Positions 40,622 to 49,807 of a stretch of 64,000 bases of DNA are shown piece after piece. Position 1 is the first letter of the stretch. Every line of letters starts with the position of its first letter. This DNA comes from an uncultured Candidatus Rokubacteria bacterium (GTDB lineage Bacteria; Methylomirabilota; Methylomirabilia; Rokubacteriales; CSP1-6): contig CAVYTA010000006.1 in assembly GCA_963771355.1 (NCBI GenBank), positions 800,001-864,000 of the forward strand. The letters are read 5' to 3'. A program made the translations under genes and the position numbers. The notes below the pieces were generated by a model. It was not told where the DNA came from, ran no database searches, and saw only the letters and a list, made by a program, of their open reading frames with translations.

Positions 40622-41373
40622 GCCTGCTCGAGACCCGCCAGCTCGCCAAGTCCTTCGGGGAGACGCACGCGGTGGACCACGTGGACTTCCGCGTCACCAA
40701 GGGCGAGGTGCTCGCCCTCATCGGCTCCAACGGCGCGGGGAAGACCACGCTGGTGAATCTCATCAGCGGCCTCATCCCGCCGGACTCGGGAACCATCCAG
40801 TTCCAGGGCGCCGACATCACGCGCGCCTCCGTGCACCAGAAGATCGCGGCCGGCATCGCGCGGAGCTTCCAGCTGGTGAACCTCTTCGACCAGCTCTCCA
40901 GCCTGGACAATGTCGCCCTCGCCGTCTTCTCGCGCGAAGGCAAGACCCGCCGCCTCTTCTCCCTCGCCGACGCGGATACCGGCGTGCGGGACGAGGCCTA
41001 CGAGGTGCTGAAGCAGTTCGGCCTCGACAGCAAGACCGGGGTGCCCGCGGGCGGCCTCTCCCAGGGCGAGCGCAAGCTCCTGGATATTGCGGTGGCGTAC
41101 GCGCTGAAGCCGGCCCTCCTCTTCCTCGACGAGCCCACCAGCGGGGTGAGCACGCGGGAGAAGGCGCCCATCATGGACATCATCTCCGCCATCGTGCGCT
41201 CGGGCCATATCACCGCGGTCATCATCGAGCACGACATGGACGTGGTCTTCCGCTACTGCGAGCGCATCGTGGCCATGCACGGGGGGAAGATTCTCGCCGA
41301 CGGGAGCCCGGACGAGATCCGGGCCAACGCGGAGGTGACCGCCAACCTGCTCGGCACCCAGGAGCCCGGCTGA
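40618..41373 (+). CDS. ABC ATP-binding protein (LivG-like)
   Basis: GSNGAGKTT, ARSFQ, LDEPTSG, IEHDMD. Confidence 0.93.
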   Translation: MSLLETRQLAKSFGETHAVDHVDFRVTKGEVLALIGSNGAGKTTLVNLISGLIPPDSGTIQFQGADITRASVHQKIAAGIARSFQLVNLFDQLSSLDNVALAVFSREGKTRRLFSLADADTGVRDEAYEVLKQFGLDSKTGVPAGGLSQGERKLLDIAVAYALKPALLFLDEPTSGVSTREKAPIMDIISAIVRSGHITAVIIEHDMDVVFRYCERIVAMHGGKILADGSPDEIRANAEVTANLLGTQEPG

Positions 41374-42092
41374 TGCTCGAGCTCGAGGGCGTGAACACCT
41401 TCCGCGGCCCCGCCCACGTGCTCCGGGACGTCCACCTGCGCGTCGGTGACGCCGAGTCGGTGTGCCTGGTAGGGCGGAACGGCGCCGGCAAGACCACCAC
41501 CATCGACAGCATCATGGGGCTCCTGCCCATGCGCAGCGGCCGCATCCGGCTGGGCGACCAGGACGTCACGCGTCTGCCCGCCCATCGCCGGGCCCTGCTG
41601 GGGATCGGGTACTCGCCGGAGGACGCGGGCATCTTTCCGGATCTCACGGTGGCGGAGAACTTCCGTATCAGCCAGTCGCTGGCCCGGGCGGGCGGGCGCC
41701 CCGTCGGCGCCACCGGAGCGGACGGAATCGACGCGCGCGTCTTCGCGCTCTTCCCCGAGGTGCAGGGGTTCCTCCAGCGGCGCGGGCTGTTCCTCTCCGG
41801 GGGGCAGAAGAAGATGGTGGCCATCTCCCGCGCGCTGACCCTGTCCCCCTCCATCCTGCTCCTCGACGAGCCGTTCGAGGGGCTGGCGCCGGTGGTGGTG
41901 AGCCGCTTCATCGAGGCGGTCAAGCGGATCAAGGCCATGGGAATCTCGCTGCTCATCGCCGAGTCCAACCTGGCGTCCGCGTCCCGGGTGGCCGACCGCC
42001 TCTACGCGATCGACCGGGGCGAGATCATGTTCGAGGGAAGTCCTCGGGACGTCTCCGCCAACGAGGACGTGATGAAGACGCTGCGCGGCTAA
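41373..42092 (+). CDS. ABC ATP-binding protein (LivF-like)
   Basis: GRNGAGKTT, LSGGQ, LLDEPFEGLAP. Confidence 0.93.
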   Translation: MLELEGVNTFRGPAHVLRDVHLRVGDAESVCLVGRNGAGKTTTIDSIMGLLPMRSGRIRLGDQDVTRLPAHRRALLGIGYSPEDAGIFPDLTVAENFRISQSLARAGGRPVGATGADGIDARVFALFPEVQGFLQRRGLFLSGGQKKMVAISRALTLSPSILLLDEPFEGLAPVVVSRFIEAVKRIKAMGISLLIAESNLASASRVADRLYAIDRGEIMFEGSPRDVSANEDVMKTLRG

Positions 42093-42523
42093 CCGCCGCG
42101 CGCATCCTCGCGGTCGGCGGGCGGCGGGCCGGCGAGGACGTGGGAGGCGTGGTGCAGCACCATGCGCCACTCGCCGCCCTGGCGCTCGAAGACATTGGTG
42201 GCGACCAGCGCGGTCACCGCGATGTTCCCCCGGACCTGCGACAGGATGTTCTCCGCGCAGGTGACCCAGCCGGTATCGCCGGTCACCCGCGCCTGGACGT
42301 CGCCCAGGCTGAAGCGCATCTCCCCGCTGCCCTTGAAGATCGCCTCCCACGACTGGCGCACCGCCTCCCAGCCCTCGAGCAGCGCCCAGCCCGGATGGAC
42401 GCACCGCACGTGCTCGCCGTGCGCCCACACGCGCTCCATCTCGCCGAGGTCCAGCGCCTCGAAAGCGCGGTAGAAGCGCGCGTTGGCCTCTTCGACCTCC
42501 GCCGGCTCGTCGTCGGGACTCAT
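42089..42523 (-). CDS. SnoaL/NTF2-like protein
   Basis: ANARFYRAFE, CVHPGW, ATNVF, WRMVLHHAS. Confidence 0.88.
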   Translation of the reverse strand: MSPDDEPAEVEEANARFYRAFEALDLGEMERVWAHGEHVRCVHPGWALLEGWEAVRQSWEAIFKGSGEMRFSLGDVQARVTGDTGWVTCAENILSQVRGNIAVTALVATNVFERQGGEWRMVLHHASHVLAGPPPADREDARGG

Positions 42524-42882
42524 GTCGGGCATGAGACGATCACCCGTCGCCCGACGCGCGAGACGAAGAGCCGCTCCAGGCTCGCGCCGGGGCAGGGGCC
42601 CTCGACACAGAGACCGGTCTCGGGCGTGAAGACGGCGCCGTGCCGCGAGCAGACGAGGTGCCGGCCATCCTCGCCGAAGAATCCGTCGCGGGTAAGATCC
42701 AGCGGCGTGCCCGCGTGGGGACAGCGATTGACGTAGGCGTGAAGGACGCCGCCGACGTTCACGACGAAGCCGTCCAGCGGCGCGTCGAACGGAGCGTCCG
42801 GGCGACGGAGCCGGAAACGGGCGGTCTGGCCCGGCGCGAGCGCATCGTCGTCCAGGCTCCACGTGGTGTCGGCGGCGTGCAC
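42520..42882 (-). CDS. Rieske [2Fe-2S] ferredoxin
   Basis: NRCPH and CSRHGA ligands plus TGLCVEGPC. Confidence 0.92.
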   Translation of the reverse strand: MHAADTTWSLDDDALAPGQTARFRLRRPDAPFDAPLDGFVVNVGGVLHAYVNRCPHAGTPLDLTRDGFFGEDGRHLVCSRHGAVFTPETGLCVEGPCPGASLERLFVSRVGRRVIVSCPT

Positions 42883-42941
42883 GCTCCCGTTCTATCAGAA
42901 GCCCCGAGCGCGTTCAATTCGGCGTGATACGATGACCGGGT

Positions 42942-43907
42942 ATGGCGGCAGCCGACTCGCTCGCGTCGTCAGGTCTTGCCGTTGACGCGCGGGACCTCAC
43001 CAAGACCTTCCGGTCGGGATGGCTGCGCCCGCGCCGCACCGAGGCCCTCCGCGGCGCGAGCCTCCAGGTGCCGCGCGGCGCGATCTTCGGCCTGCTCGGT
43101 CCCAACGGGGCGGGAAAGACCACCCTCCTCTCCATCCTCGCCACCCTGCTGATTCCCGACGGCGGCAGCGCGCGGGTGCTGGGCTACGACGTGGTGCGGG
43201 AGGCGCGCGAGGTACGCCGACGGCTCAACATGGCGAGCGGCAACGCGTCCTTCGTGTGGAGCCTGCGCCCGGCGGAGGTGCTCGCCTTCTACGGCCGGCT
43301 CTACGGCCTGCACGGCCGCGCCCTGCGCGAGCGCGTGGACGAGCTCATCGAGCTGTGCGAGCTCGGCGCGCATCGGACCACCGAGTACAACGAGCTCTCC
43401 ACCGGGCTCAAGCAGCGCCTCGCCTTCGCCAAGGCATTGCTCAATCGTCCCGAGGTGCTCTTTCTGGACGAGCCTACCCTCGGCCTCGACCCCGACGTGT
43501 CCGTCCGCATCCGGGCCCAGATCGCGCGCCTGCGCCGCGAGCTGGGCACCACCATCATCCTCACCACCCACTACATGCGCGAGGCGGAGGAGCTCTGCGA
43601 CGAGATCGCCTTCATCAAAGGCGGACGCATCCTGGCCCGCGGCGCCGCCGACGCGCTGAAGCGCCAGATCCACATCGGCGAGGTGGTGAGCCTGCGCCTC
43701 GATCCCGCCGAGCCGGTCGGGCTCGCCGAGCTGTCCGGCGTGCTGGGCATGCGGCGGCGCGGCGACCGCCTCGAGGTGACGGTGGACGCGGTGGAGAAGC
43801 GGTTGCCCGAGCTGCTGCGCTGGCTGTACGGGCAGGGCGTGGAGGTACGGGATTGCCGCGTGCGCGAGGCCGATCTGGAGGAGGTGTTCGTTGAGCTCGC
43901 GCGCTGA
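42942..43907 (+). CDS. ABC exporter ATP-binding protein
   Basis: GPNGAGKTT, LSTG, FLDEPT, TTHYM.EAE. Confidence 0.93.
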   Translation: MAAADSLASSGLAVDARDLTKTFRSGWLRPRRTEALRGASLQVPRGAIFGLLGPNGAGKTTLLSILATLLIPDGGSARVLGYDVVREAREVRRRLNMASGNASFVWSLRPAEVLAFYGRLYGLHGRALRERVDELIELCELGAHRTTEYNELSTGLKQRLAFAKALLNRPEVLFLDEPTLGLDPDVSVRIRAQIARLRRELGTTIILTTHYMREAEELCDEIAFIKGGRILARGAADALKRQIHIGEVVSLRLDPAEPVGLAELSGVLGMRRRGDRLEVTVDAVEKRLPELLRWLYGQGVEVRDCRVREADLEEVFVELAR

Positions 43908-44739
43908 AGTCACGGCGGCGGTGCGGGCCTCGGCGCGCCCGCCCGAAGGGCTCGTCCACGAGTGGGTGCGCACGTGGGCCTTCGCCCACCGCAACCTCAT
44001 CATGGCGCGCCGGAACGTCTTCTTCGTCTTCGAGCTGACGTTCTGGCCCGGGGTGGCCATGCTCTCCCATGGCCTCCTCACTCGCTTCCTCGAGCTGACG
44101 CCCCAGATGACCGCCTTCATCCTCGCCGGCACGGTGGCGCTCTCGACGGTGCAGGTGTGCCAGCTCGACGTCGCCTACGCGGTGCTGTTCGACATCTGGT
44201 CCAAGTCCATGAAGCACCAGTTCCTGGCGCCGGTCTCCATCCGCCATCTCGCGCTGGGCGCGTGGCTGGTGGGGGTGGGACGGGGCCTGGTGGTGTTCGC
44301 CCTCATGGCCGCCATCGGCAGCAGCGCCTTCGGCTTCGACTTCGTCGGGGCGGGGCCGGCGAGCCTGGCCACCTTCCTCCTGGGCTGCTTCCTGTCCGCG
44401 CTCATCATCGGGCTCTTCGTGTGCGCGCTGGTCATCCTGTTCGGCACCCGGGCCGAGTCCTCGGCGTGGGCGGCGGTGAACTTCCTGGTCATGCTGGCGG
44501 GCGTCTACTATCCGGTGTCCGTGCTCCCCGGCTGGGCCCAGACGGTGTCGGCCTTCATCCCGCTCACCTATTTCCTCGACGCGTTCCGCGCCGGCTACGG
44601 CTTCGAGCCCGCGTTCGCCCATCCCGCCCTCATGGGCTTCGCCCTGTCCGCCCTCTACCTGGCGCTCGGGCACTGGGCGCTCGCCGCCGCCCTCACGCGG
44701 TCGCGCCGCACGGGCCTTCTCCTCAAGCTCTCGGAGTGA
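43891..44739 (+). CDS. ABC-2 type permease
   Basis: About six TM helices, GVYYPVSVLPGW, PLTY. Confidence 0.88.
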   Translation: MSSRAEVTAAVRASARPPEGLVHEWVRTWAFAHRNLIMARRNVFFVFELTFWPGVAMLSHGLLTRFLELTPQMTAFILAGTVALSTVQVCQLDVAYAVLFDIWSKSMKHQFLAPVSIRHLALGAWLVGVGRGLVVFALMAAIGSSAFGFDFVGAGPASLATFLLGCFLSALIIGLFVCALVILFGTRAESSAWAAVNFLVMLAGVYYPVSVLPGWAQTVSAFIPLTYFLDAFRAGYGFEPAFAHPALMGFALSALYLALGHWALAAALTRSRRTGLLLKLSE

Positions 44740-44743
44740 CACC

Positions 44744-44905
44744 GTGACCGACAACGCGACCGTCATCCGCACCGAGATCTCCCGGCCCACTCCCGAGATC
44801 GTGAAGGGGTTCCAGGCGCTGGCCACGACCGCGCGGTCCGACTGGAAGAAGAAGCACCGCGCGGGCGTGGACGCCGCGCTCGAGGCGGACGGCTTCCGGG
44901 GGTGA
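44744..44905 (+). pseudogene. 53-aa ORF, probable internally deleted remnant of an RraA/HMG-aldolase-like gene
   Basis: MTDNATVIRTEISRPTPEIVKGFQALATTARSDWKKKHRAGVDAALEADGFRG; GGAG RBS; GTGA overlap with next gene; absent from the ORF track (too short). Confidence 0.5.
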
Positions 44906-45696
44906 CGGACTCCGCTCTCTCCGTCGCCTTTCTCGGGCTCCTGTTCGGGGTCCAGCACGCCACCGACGCGGATCACGTGGTGGCGGTGGCGACCATCGTG
45001 AGTCGTACCCGGCGGTTCGGGGCGGGGGCCGTCATCGGCGCCCTCTGGGGCGCCGGTCATACGGTGACCATCGCGGTAGTCGGCGCGCTGATCATCCTCT
45101 TCGGGGTGACGGTGCCGCCCGTGCTGGGCCTGTCCTTGGAGCTGGCGGTGGCGGTGATGCTGGTAGCCCTCGGGGCGGTGCGCATCGCCGGCGCTCTTCG
45201 CGGGGCGGGGGATGTCGCCGCCGAGCATCTCGCGGCCCCGCACCCGCATGACGGCGGATCCGCCTTTCACAGCCATCCCCACCCGCATGGGAACGTGGTG
45301 CACCACCATCCGCACGTGCATCCCTCGGAGCGGCTCCTCGCCGCGCTGCGTGCGGTGGGGCTCGGACAGGTCGCGCGCTCGGTGCTCGTGGGCATCGTGC
45401 ACGGCCTGGCCGGGAGTGCGGCAGTGGCCCTGCTCGCGCTGGCCACCATCGCGGACCCGTACCTGGCGGTGGGCTATCTCATCGTGTTCGGAGTGGGAAC
45501 CATCGTGGGGATGACCGTGATCACGGCCCTGCTCGCCCTGCCGTTCACGGCCGGCGTGCGCCCCCTGCTAGGCTGGCAACGGACGCTCGCCCTGGGGAGC
45601 GGGCTGCTCTCGCTGAGTTTCGGGCTGTACCTGGCCGTGCACATCGGCTTGGTGGACGGCCTGTTCCTCGGGCACGCGGTCTGGTCCCCCAGATAG
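44902..45696 (+). CDS. Nickel/cobalt transporter (NiCoT/UreH-like)
   Basis: HATDADH, WGAGHT, His-rich loop, GIVHGLAGSAA, GTIVGM. Confidence 0.88.
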   Translation: MTDSALSVAFLGLLFGVQHATDADHVVAVATIVSRTRRFGAGAVIGALWGAGHTVTIAVVGALIILFGVTVPPVLGLSLELAVAVMLVALGAVRIAGALRGAGDVAAEHLAAPHPHDGGSAFHSHPHPHGNVVHHHPHVHPSERLLAALRAVGLGQVARSVLVGIVHGLAGSAAVALLALATIADPYLAVGYLIVFGVGTIVGMTVITALLALPFTAGVRPLLGWQRTLALGSGLLSLSFGLYLAVHIGLVDGLFLGHAVWSPR

Positions 45697-45706
45697 AGGG
45701 GCGAGG

Positions 45707-46633
45707 TCAGCGGCCGAGAAACTTCCTGATGCTCCGCGCGATCCCGTCCACGTCGAGGCCGTGCTTGGCGTAGAGGCCCTTGGCGTCGCCCGACTCGCCG
45801 AAGCCCACCACGCCCAGCCGCTTCAGCGGCGTGGGCATGGCCTCACCCAGGAGCTCGGCCACGGCGCCGCCCAGCCCGCCGACGATGCTGTGGTCCTCGA
45901 CGGTGACCACGTGGCCGGTCTTGCCCGCCGAGCGCAGGATGGTCTCCTCGTCGAGCGGCTTGATGGTGGCGACGTTCAGCACCTCCGCCCGTATCCCGTC
46001 CGCCTCGAGCCGCTTCACCGCCTCCAGCGCGTTCCACAGCGGGCCGCCGGTGGCGAGCACGCTCACGTCCGTCCCGGGGCGGAGCACCTCGGCGCGACCG
46101 AACTGGAAACGATAGCCGTCTCCGTGCACGGGCTCGAGGTTCTGGCGCGTGAGTCGGAGATACACCGGGCCTGGATGCTCCACCGCCCACGCCACCGCCT
46201 GCTTGGTCTCCAGCTCGTCGGCGGGCTGGACGATGGGGATATTGGTGAGCGAGCGGATGCAGGCGATGTCCTCCAGCCCCATCTGGCTGTAGCCGTCCTC
46301 GCCGATGGCCACACCCACGTGGGTGCCCACGAGCTTCACCGGCGCCTGGGAATACGCGACCGACACGCGGATGGTCTCGAATCGGCCCACCAGGAAGCAG
46401 GCGAAGGAGCAGGCGAAGGGGATGCGACCGGCCAGGGCGAGCCCGGCCGCCACGCCGATCAAGTTGGACTCCGCGATCCCGAGATTGAAGGCACGGCCGG
46501 GATAGGTCTTGGCGAACTTCGCGGTCATGGTGGACTTCGAGAGATCGGCGTCGAGGGTGACGATGCGCTCGTCGCGTGCTCCGAGATCGACGAGGGCTTC
46601 GCCGAAGGCGGCGCGGGAGGCCTTGGCGGGCAT
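45707..46633 (-). CDS. Transketolase, C-terminal subunit
   Basis: DADLSKST, GIAESN, GEDGYSQ, YLRL, TIKPLD, VEDHS..GGLG. Confidence 0.93.
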   Translation of the reverse strand: MPAKASRAAFGEALVDLGARDERIVTLDADLSKSTMTAKFAKTYPGRAFNLGIAESNLIGVAAGLALAGRIPFACSFACFLVGRFETIRVSVAYSQAPVKLVGTHVGVAIGEDGYSQMGLEDIACIRSLTNIPIVQPADELETKQAVAWAVEHPGPVYLRLTRQNLEPVHGDGYRFQFGRAEVLRPGTDVSVLATGGPLWNALEAVKRLEADGIRAEVLNVATIKPLDEETILRSAGKTGHVVTVEDHSIVGGLGGAVAELLGEAMPTPLKRLGVVGFGESGDAKGLYAKHGLDVDGIARSIRKFLGR

Positions 46634-47544
46634 CACTTCTTCTCCATGGCGGCGAGCTCCTGCAAGATGGGCGCGGCCCAGGCCGGCGGGGTCCCGCCCT
46701 CGGCGGGAAGTCCCAAGATCTCTCGAATGGCGCGCACCGCTTCGGCGGGAGTGGGGGCCTTGCCGTGCCACTCGGGATTGTCTTCCATGAAGGAGACCCC
46801 CTTGCCCTTCACGGTGTGGGCCACGATGAAAGTGGGCTTGCCGGTGACCGCCTCCGCCTGGTCGAGCGCCTTGTCGATCTGGGCCACGTCATGCCCGTCG
46901 ATCTCGATCACCGGCCAGCCGAAGGACTTCCACTTGTCGGTCACCGGCTCGAGGTCGAGGATCTTCTTCACGTGGTCGTCGAGCTGGATGCCATTGTAGT
47001 CGAGGATCACGCAGAGATTGTCGACGTGGTGGTCGGGCGCCCCGATCTTGGGCGCGGACATCGCCGCCTCCCACACCTGGCCTTCCTGGATTTCGCCGTC
47101 GCCCAGGATGCAGTACACGCGCGAGGGCTTGGCGCCGAGCTTGAGCCCCAGCGCCATGCCCACCGCCATGGACAATCCCTGACCCAGCGAGCCGGTGGCC
47201 GCCTCGATGCCGGGCAGGGCCACGCGGTCCGGGTGGCCCTGGAGAGGACTCCCGAGTTTTCGGAGAGTCAGGAGCAGGCTCTCGGGGAAGAATCCGGCCT
47301 TCGCCATGCACGCGTACTGCGCGGGCACGCAGTGGCCCTTGGAGAGCACCAGCCGGTCGCGGTCCTCCCACGTGGGTCGCTTGGGGTCGTAGCGCATGCG
47401 ATTGAAATAGAGCACGGTGAGGATGTCGATCACGGACAGCGAGCCGCCGGGATGCCCGGAGCCTGCGTGGGTGAGCATACGAATGATCTGGACGCGGCTC
47501 GCGCGCGCGATCTCGCGCAGCCGCCCGACGTCGGGATTCGCCAT
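46633..47544 (-). CDS. Transketolase, N-terminal subunit
   Basis: SGHPGGSLS, LSKGH, LQGHP, TGSLGQG, TPP motif GDGE...N. Confidence 0.94.
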   Translation of the reverse strand: MANPDVGRLREIARASRVQIIRMLTHAGSGHPGGSLSVIDILTVLYFNRMRYDPKRPTWEDRDRLVLSKGHCVPAQYACMAKAGFFPESLLLTLRKLGSPLQGHPDRVALPGIEAATGSLGQGLSMAVGMALGLKLGAKPSRVYCILGDGEIQEGQVWEAAMSAPKIGAPDHHVDNLCVILDYNGIQLDDHVKKILDLEPVTDKWKSFGWPVIEIDGHDVAQIDKALDQAEAVTGKPTFIVAHTVKGKGVSFMEDNPEWHGKAPTPAEAVRAIREILGLPAEGGTPPAWAAPILQELAAMEKK

Positions 47545-47623
47545 CAGTTCACGCCTCCTGTGCTGCTCGGATCATACGGGCCCTCCCCGAGCGGCGCAAG
47601 CGAAGCACCGGACGGGCGTGCCT

Positions 47624-48040
47624 TCAAGGCTCGGTGGGATAGCCCTGGGCGATCCACCCGGGCAGCCCTTCATCGAGGATGAGCATGTTGCGGTAGCCGG
47701 CGGCGTAAAGGACGCGGTAGGCCCCCCGGGCCAGCTCGTGGGGGCACGCTCAGTAGAGGAGGACGAAGTCCTGACGCGAGACCTCGTCGATCCGTCGCGG
47801 TAGCTCCCGGAGTGGAAGGTTCCGCGCGCCTCGGATGCGCCGCTCCTCGAACTCCTCGCGCACGCGGACGTCGACGAAGCGCACGGCCTTCTTGAGATCG
47901 ACGAGGGACTTCGCCTCGGCCACCGACATGTAGCGCTCGGGCACGGCCGGATCCCCGGCGGGCGCGGCGCCCAGACCGAGCAGCGCCAGGCCGACCATGC
48001 CCGCCAGCGCCGCGCGCGGGAGGAGGGCCCGCGGGGTCAT
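47624..48040 (-). CDS. Rhodanese-like selenoprotein with signal peptide (in-frame TGA at 47750-47752 read as Sec)
   Basis: FVDVR..EEF...RIRGARNLP, then VLLY-TGA-ACPH, frame continuing to GYRNMLILDEGLPGWIAQGYPTEP-stop (rhodanese C-terminal signature); hairpin after the TGA. Confidence 0.88.
47720..47732 (-). promoter_or_regulatory. Candidate bacterial SECIS apical hairpin (rhodanese)
   Basis: GGCCC-GGG-GGGCC; the G loop starts 22 nt after the UGA. Confidence 0.55.
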
Positions 48041-49233
48041 TGGAACAGCTCCACCCACACCCGCTCGCCCGGCTCGATGTCGCCCCGTTCCTCCTCGATC
48101 ACGATGAAGCAGTTGGCCTGCGCCATGGAGGAAAGGATCCCCGAGCCCTGAGGCCCGGTGGTGCACACCTCCCACCGCTCGCCGGTGTAAGTGAGGATGC
48201 CGCGCTTGAACTCGCGCCGGCCTGCTCTCTTGCGCATGCGCTCGGTGGCCACCGCGTGGAACTGCGGAGGGAAGAGCTCGCGGCGCCCTCCCAGCTTCCA
48301 GAGGGCGGGACGCACGAAGAGGCTGAAGGTGAGCATGGAGGCCACGGGATTGCCGGGCAGCCCGAAGAAGTGGGCGGCGCCGATGCGCCCGAACGCCAGC
48401 GGTCGGCCCGGCTGCATCGCCACCTGCCAGAAGTCGATGCCGCCCGCCTCCTGCAGCACCGCCTTCACCAGATCGTAGTCTCCCACCGAGACACCGCCCG
48501 AGGTGAGCACGATGTCCGCCGACCGCGCCGCCTCGGTGAGGCGCGCCTGGAGCACGTCGTGAAGGTCGGGAACGATGCCGTAGTCGGTGACGCGCCCGCC
48601 CGCCGCCTCGACCAGGCCCTGGAGCGAGAACCGGTTGGAGTCGAAGATCTGACCCGGCTTGCGCGGATCGCCCGGCTCCGCCACCTCGTCGCCGGTGGAC
48701 AGTACCGCCACGCGCGGGCGCTGACGCACGAGCAGCTGCGGAAGGCCCAGGGAGGCGGCCACGCCCAGCTCCTGCGGTCGCAGCACCGATCCCGCGGGCA
48801 GGATGACGCTGCCCGCGCGCACGTCCTCGCCGCGGCTGCGGGTATTGGCGCCGGGCTCGATGGAGGGCACCCGCACGCGGCGGCCGCGCCGCTCGACCAC
48901 CTCCTGCGGATACACCGTGTCGGCGCCGGCCGGCATGGGCGCGCCCGTCATGATGCGCAGCGTCTGTCCGGGCCCGATGGTGCCCGGGAAGACCGCGCCC
49001 GCGGCGAGCTCTCCCACTACCTCGAGGTCCAGGAACACACCGACCGGCACATCGGCATGAGTCACCGCGTAACCGTCCACGGCGGAATTGTCGGTGGGCG
49101 GCACGTCGATGGTCGCGCGCACGTCCTCGGCGAGGACGCGGCCCAGCGCGGCGGTCAGGGGGAGGAGCTCGGGCGGCGCCACCCTGTCCACCTGGGCGAG
49201 CACGCGCGCCTGGGCGTCCTTGACTGGAATCAT
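48037..49233 (-). CDS. moeA: Molybdopterin molybdotransferase
   Basis: GRVLAED, SAVDGYA, IMTGAPMP, STGDE, TSGGVSVG, QPGRP, LPGNP, QGSG. Confidence 0.96.
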   Translation of the reverse strand: MIPVKDAQARVLAQVDRVAPPELLPLTAALGRVLAEDVRATIDVPPTDNSAVDGYAVTHADVPVGVFLDLEVVGELAAGAVFPGTIGPGQTLRIMTGAPMPAGADTVYPQEVVERRGRRVRVPSIEPGANTRSRGEDVRAGSVILPAGSVLRPQELGVAASLGLPQLLVRQRPRVAVLSTGDEVAEPGDPRKPGQIFDSNRFSLQGLVEAAGGRVTDYGIVPDLHDVLQARLTEAARSADIVLTSGGVSVGDYDLVKAVLQEAGGIDFWQVAMQPGRPLAFGRIGAAHFFGLPGNPVASMLTFSLFVRPALWKLGGRRELFPPQFHAVATERMRKRAGRREFKRGILTYTGERWEVCTTGPQGSGILSSMAQANCFIVIEEERGDIEPGERVWVELFQ

Positions 49234-49267
49234 GCCGAGAGCGGCATCATGACGGGAGGGGAATCAT
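49230..49267 (-). other. Two tandem 6-aa uORFs (MIPLPS 49267-49247; MMPLSA 49250-49230) formed by a degenerate 17-bp repeat
   Basis: Minus strand reads TATAAT-gccggc-ATGATTCCCCTCCCGTC-ATGATGCCGCTCTCGGC-ATGATTCCAGTC (moeA); every junction is an ATGA overlap. Confidence 0.6.
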
Positions 49268-49325
49268 GCCGGCATTATACCTGCGCGCCGGTTCGCCGGG
49301 CGCCGGTGCTATGATCCATCGCGCG

Positions 49326-49796
49326 ATGGCCGACGCGCCTCCCGAGCCGTTCCTCGCCGTCGGCGACCCGGTGAAGACCTTGGCACCGCCGCCGGCGGGT
49401 TTCTGGCGGCGCGCGCTGGCGGTGGGCCTCGACTACCTCTTCATCATGGTGTTCCTGTCCGTGGCGGAAGAGGCGAGCCGGCTTCTCTGGGGCGACGTCA
49501 CCGTTCGCTCGCGTGTCTTCCGCGCCGCGTGGATCGCCTTCTCCGGCGCCTTCCCCGCGCTGTACACGGTGCTCTTCCACTCGCTGTGGGGACAGACCAT
49601 GGGCAAGATGATGGTCGGCGCCCGTGTGGTCGCGCTGGACGGCGGCCCGCTGTCCTGGCGGCGCGCCGTCCTGCGCGCCCTGGGCTGGGCGCTGTCGGTG
49701 CTGACCTGCGGGCTCGGCTTCGTGGTGGCGGCCCTGCGGCACGACAAGCGCGGCCTCGCCGATCTGATGGCGGGCACCCGCGTCGAGCGAGTCTGA
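49326..49796 (+). CDS. RDD family membrane protein
   Basis: AGFWRRALA..LD, GQTMGK, KRGLADLMAGTRV. Confidence 0.92.
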   Translation: MADAPPEPFLAVGDPVKTLAPPPAGFWRRALAVGLDYLFIMVFLSVAEEASRLLWGDVTVRSRVFRAAWIAFSGAFPALYTVLFHSLWGQTMGKMMVGARVVALDGGPLSWRRAVLRALGWALSVLTCGLGFVVAALRHDKRGLADLMAGTRVERV

Positions 49797-49807
49797 GCGG
49801 ACCCTCG

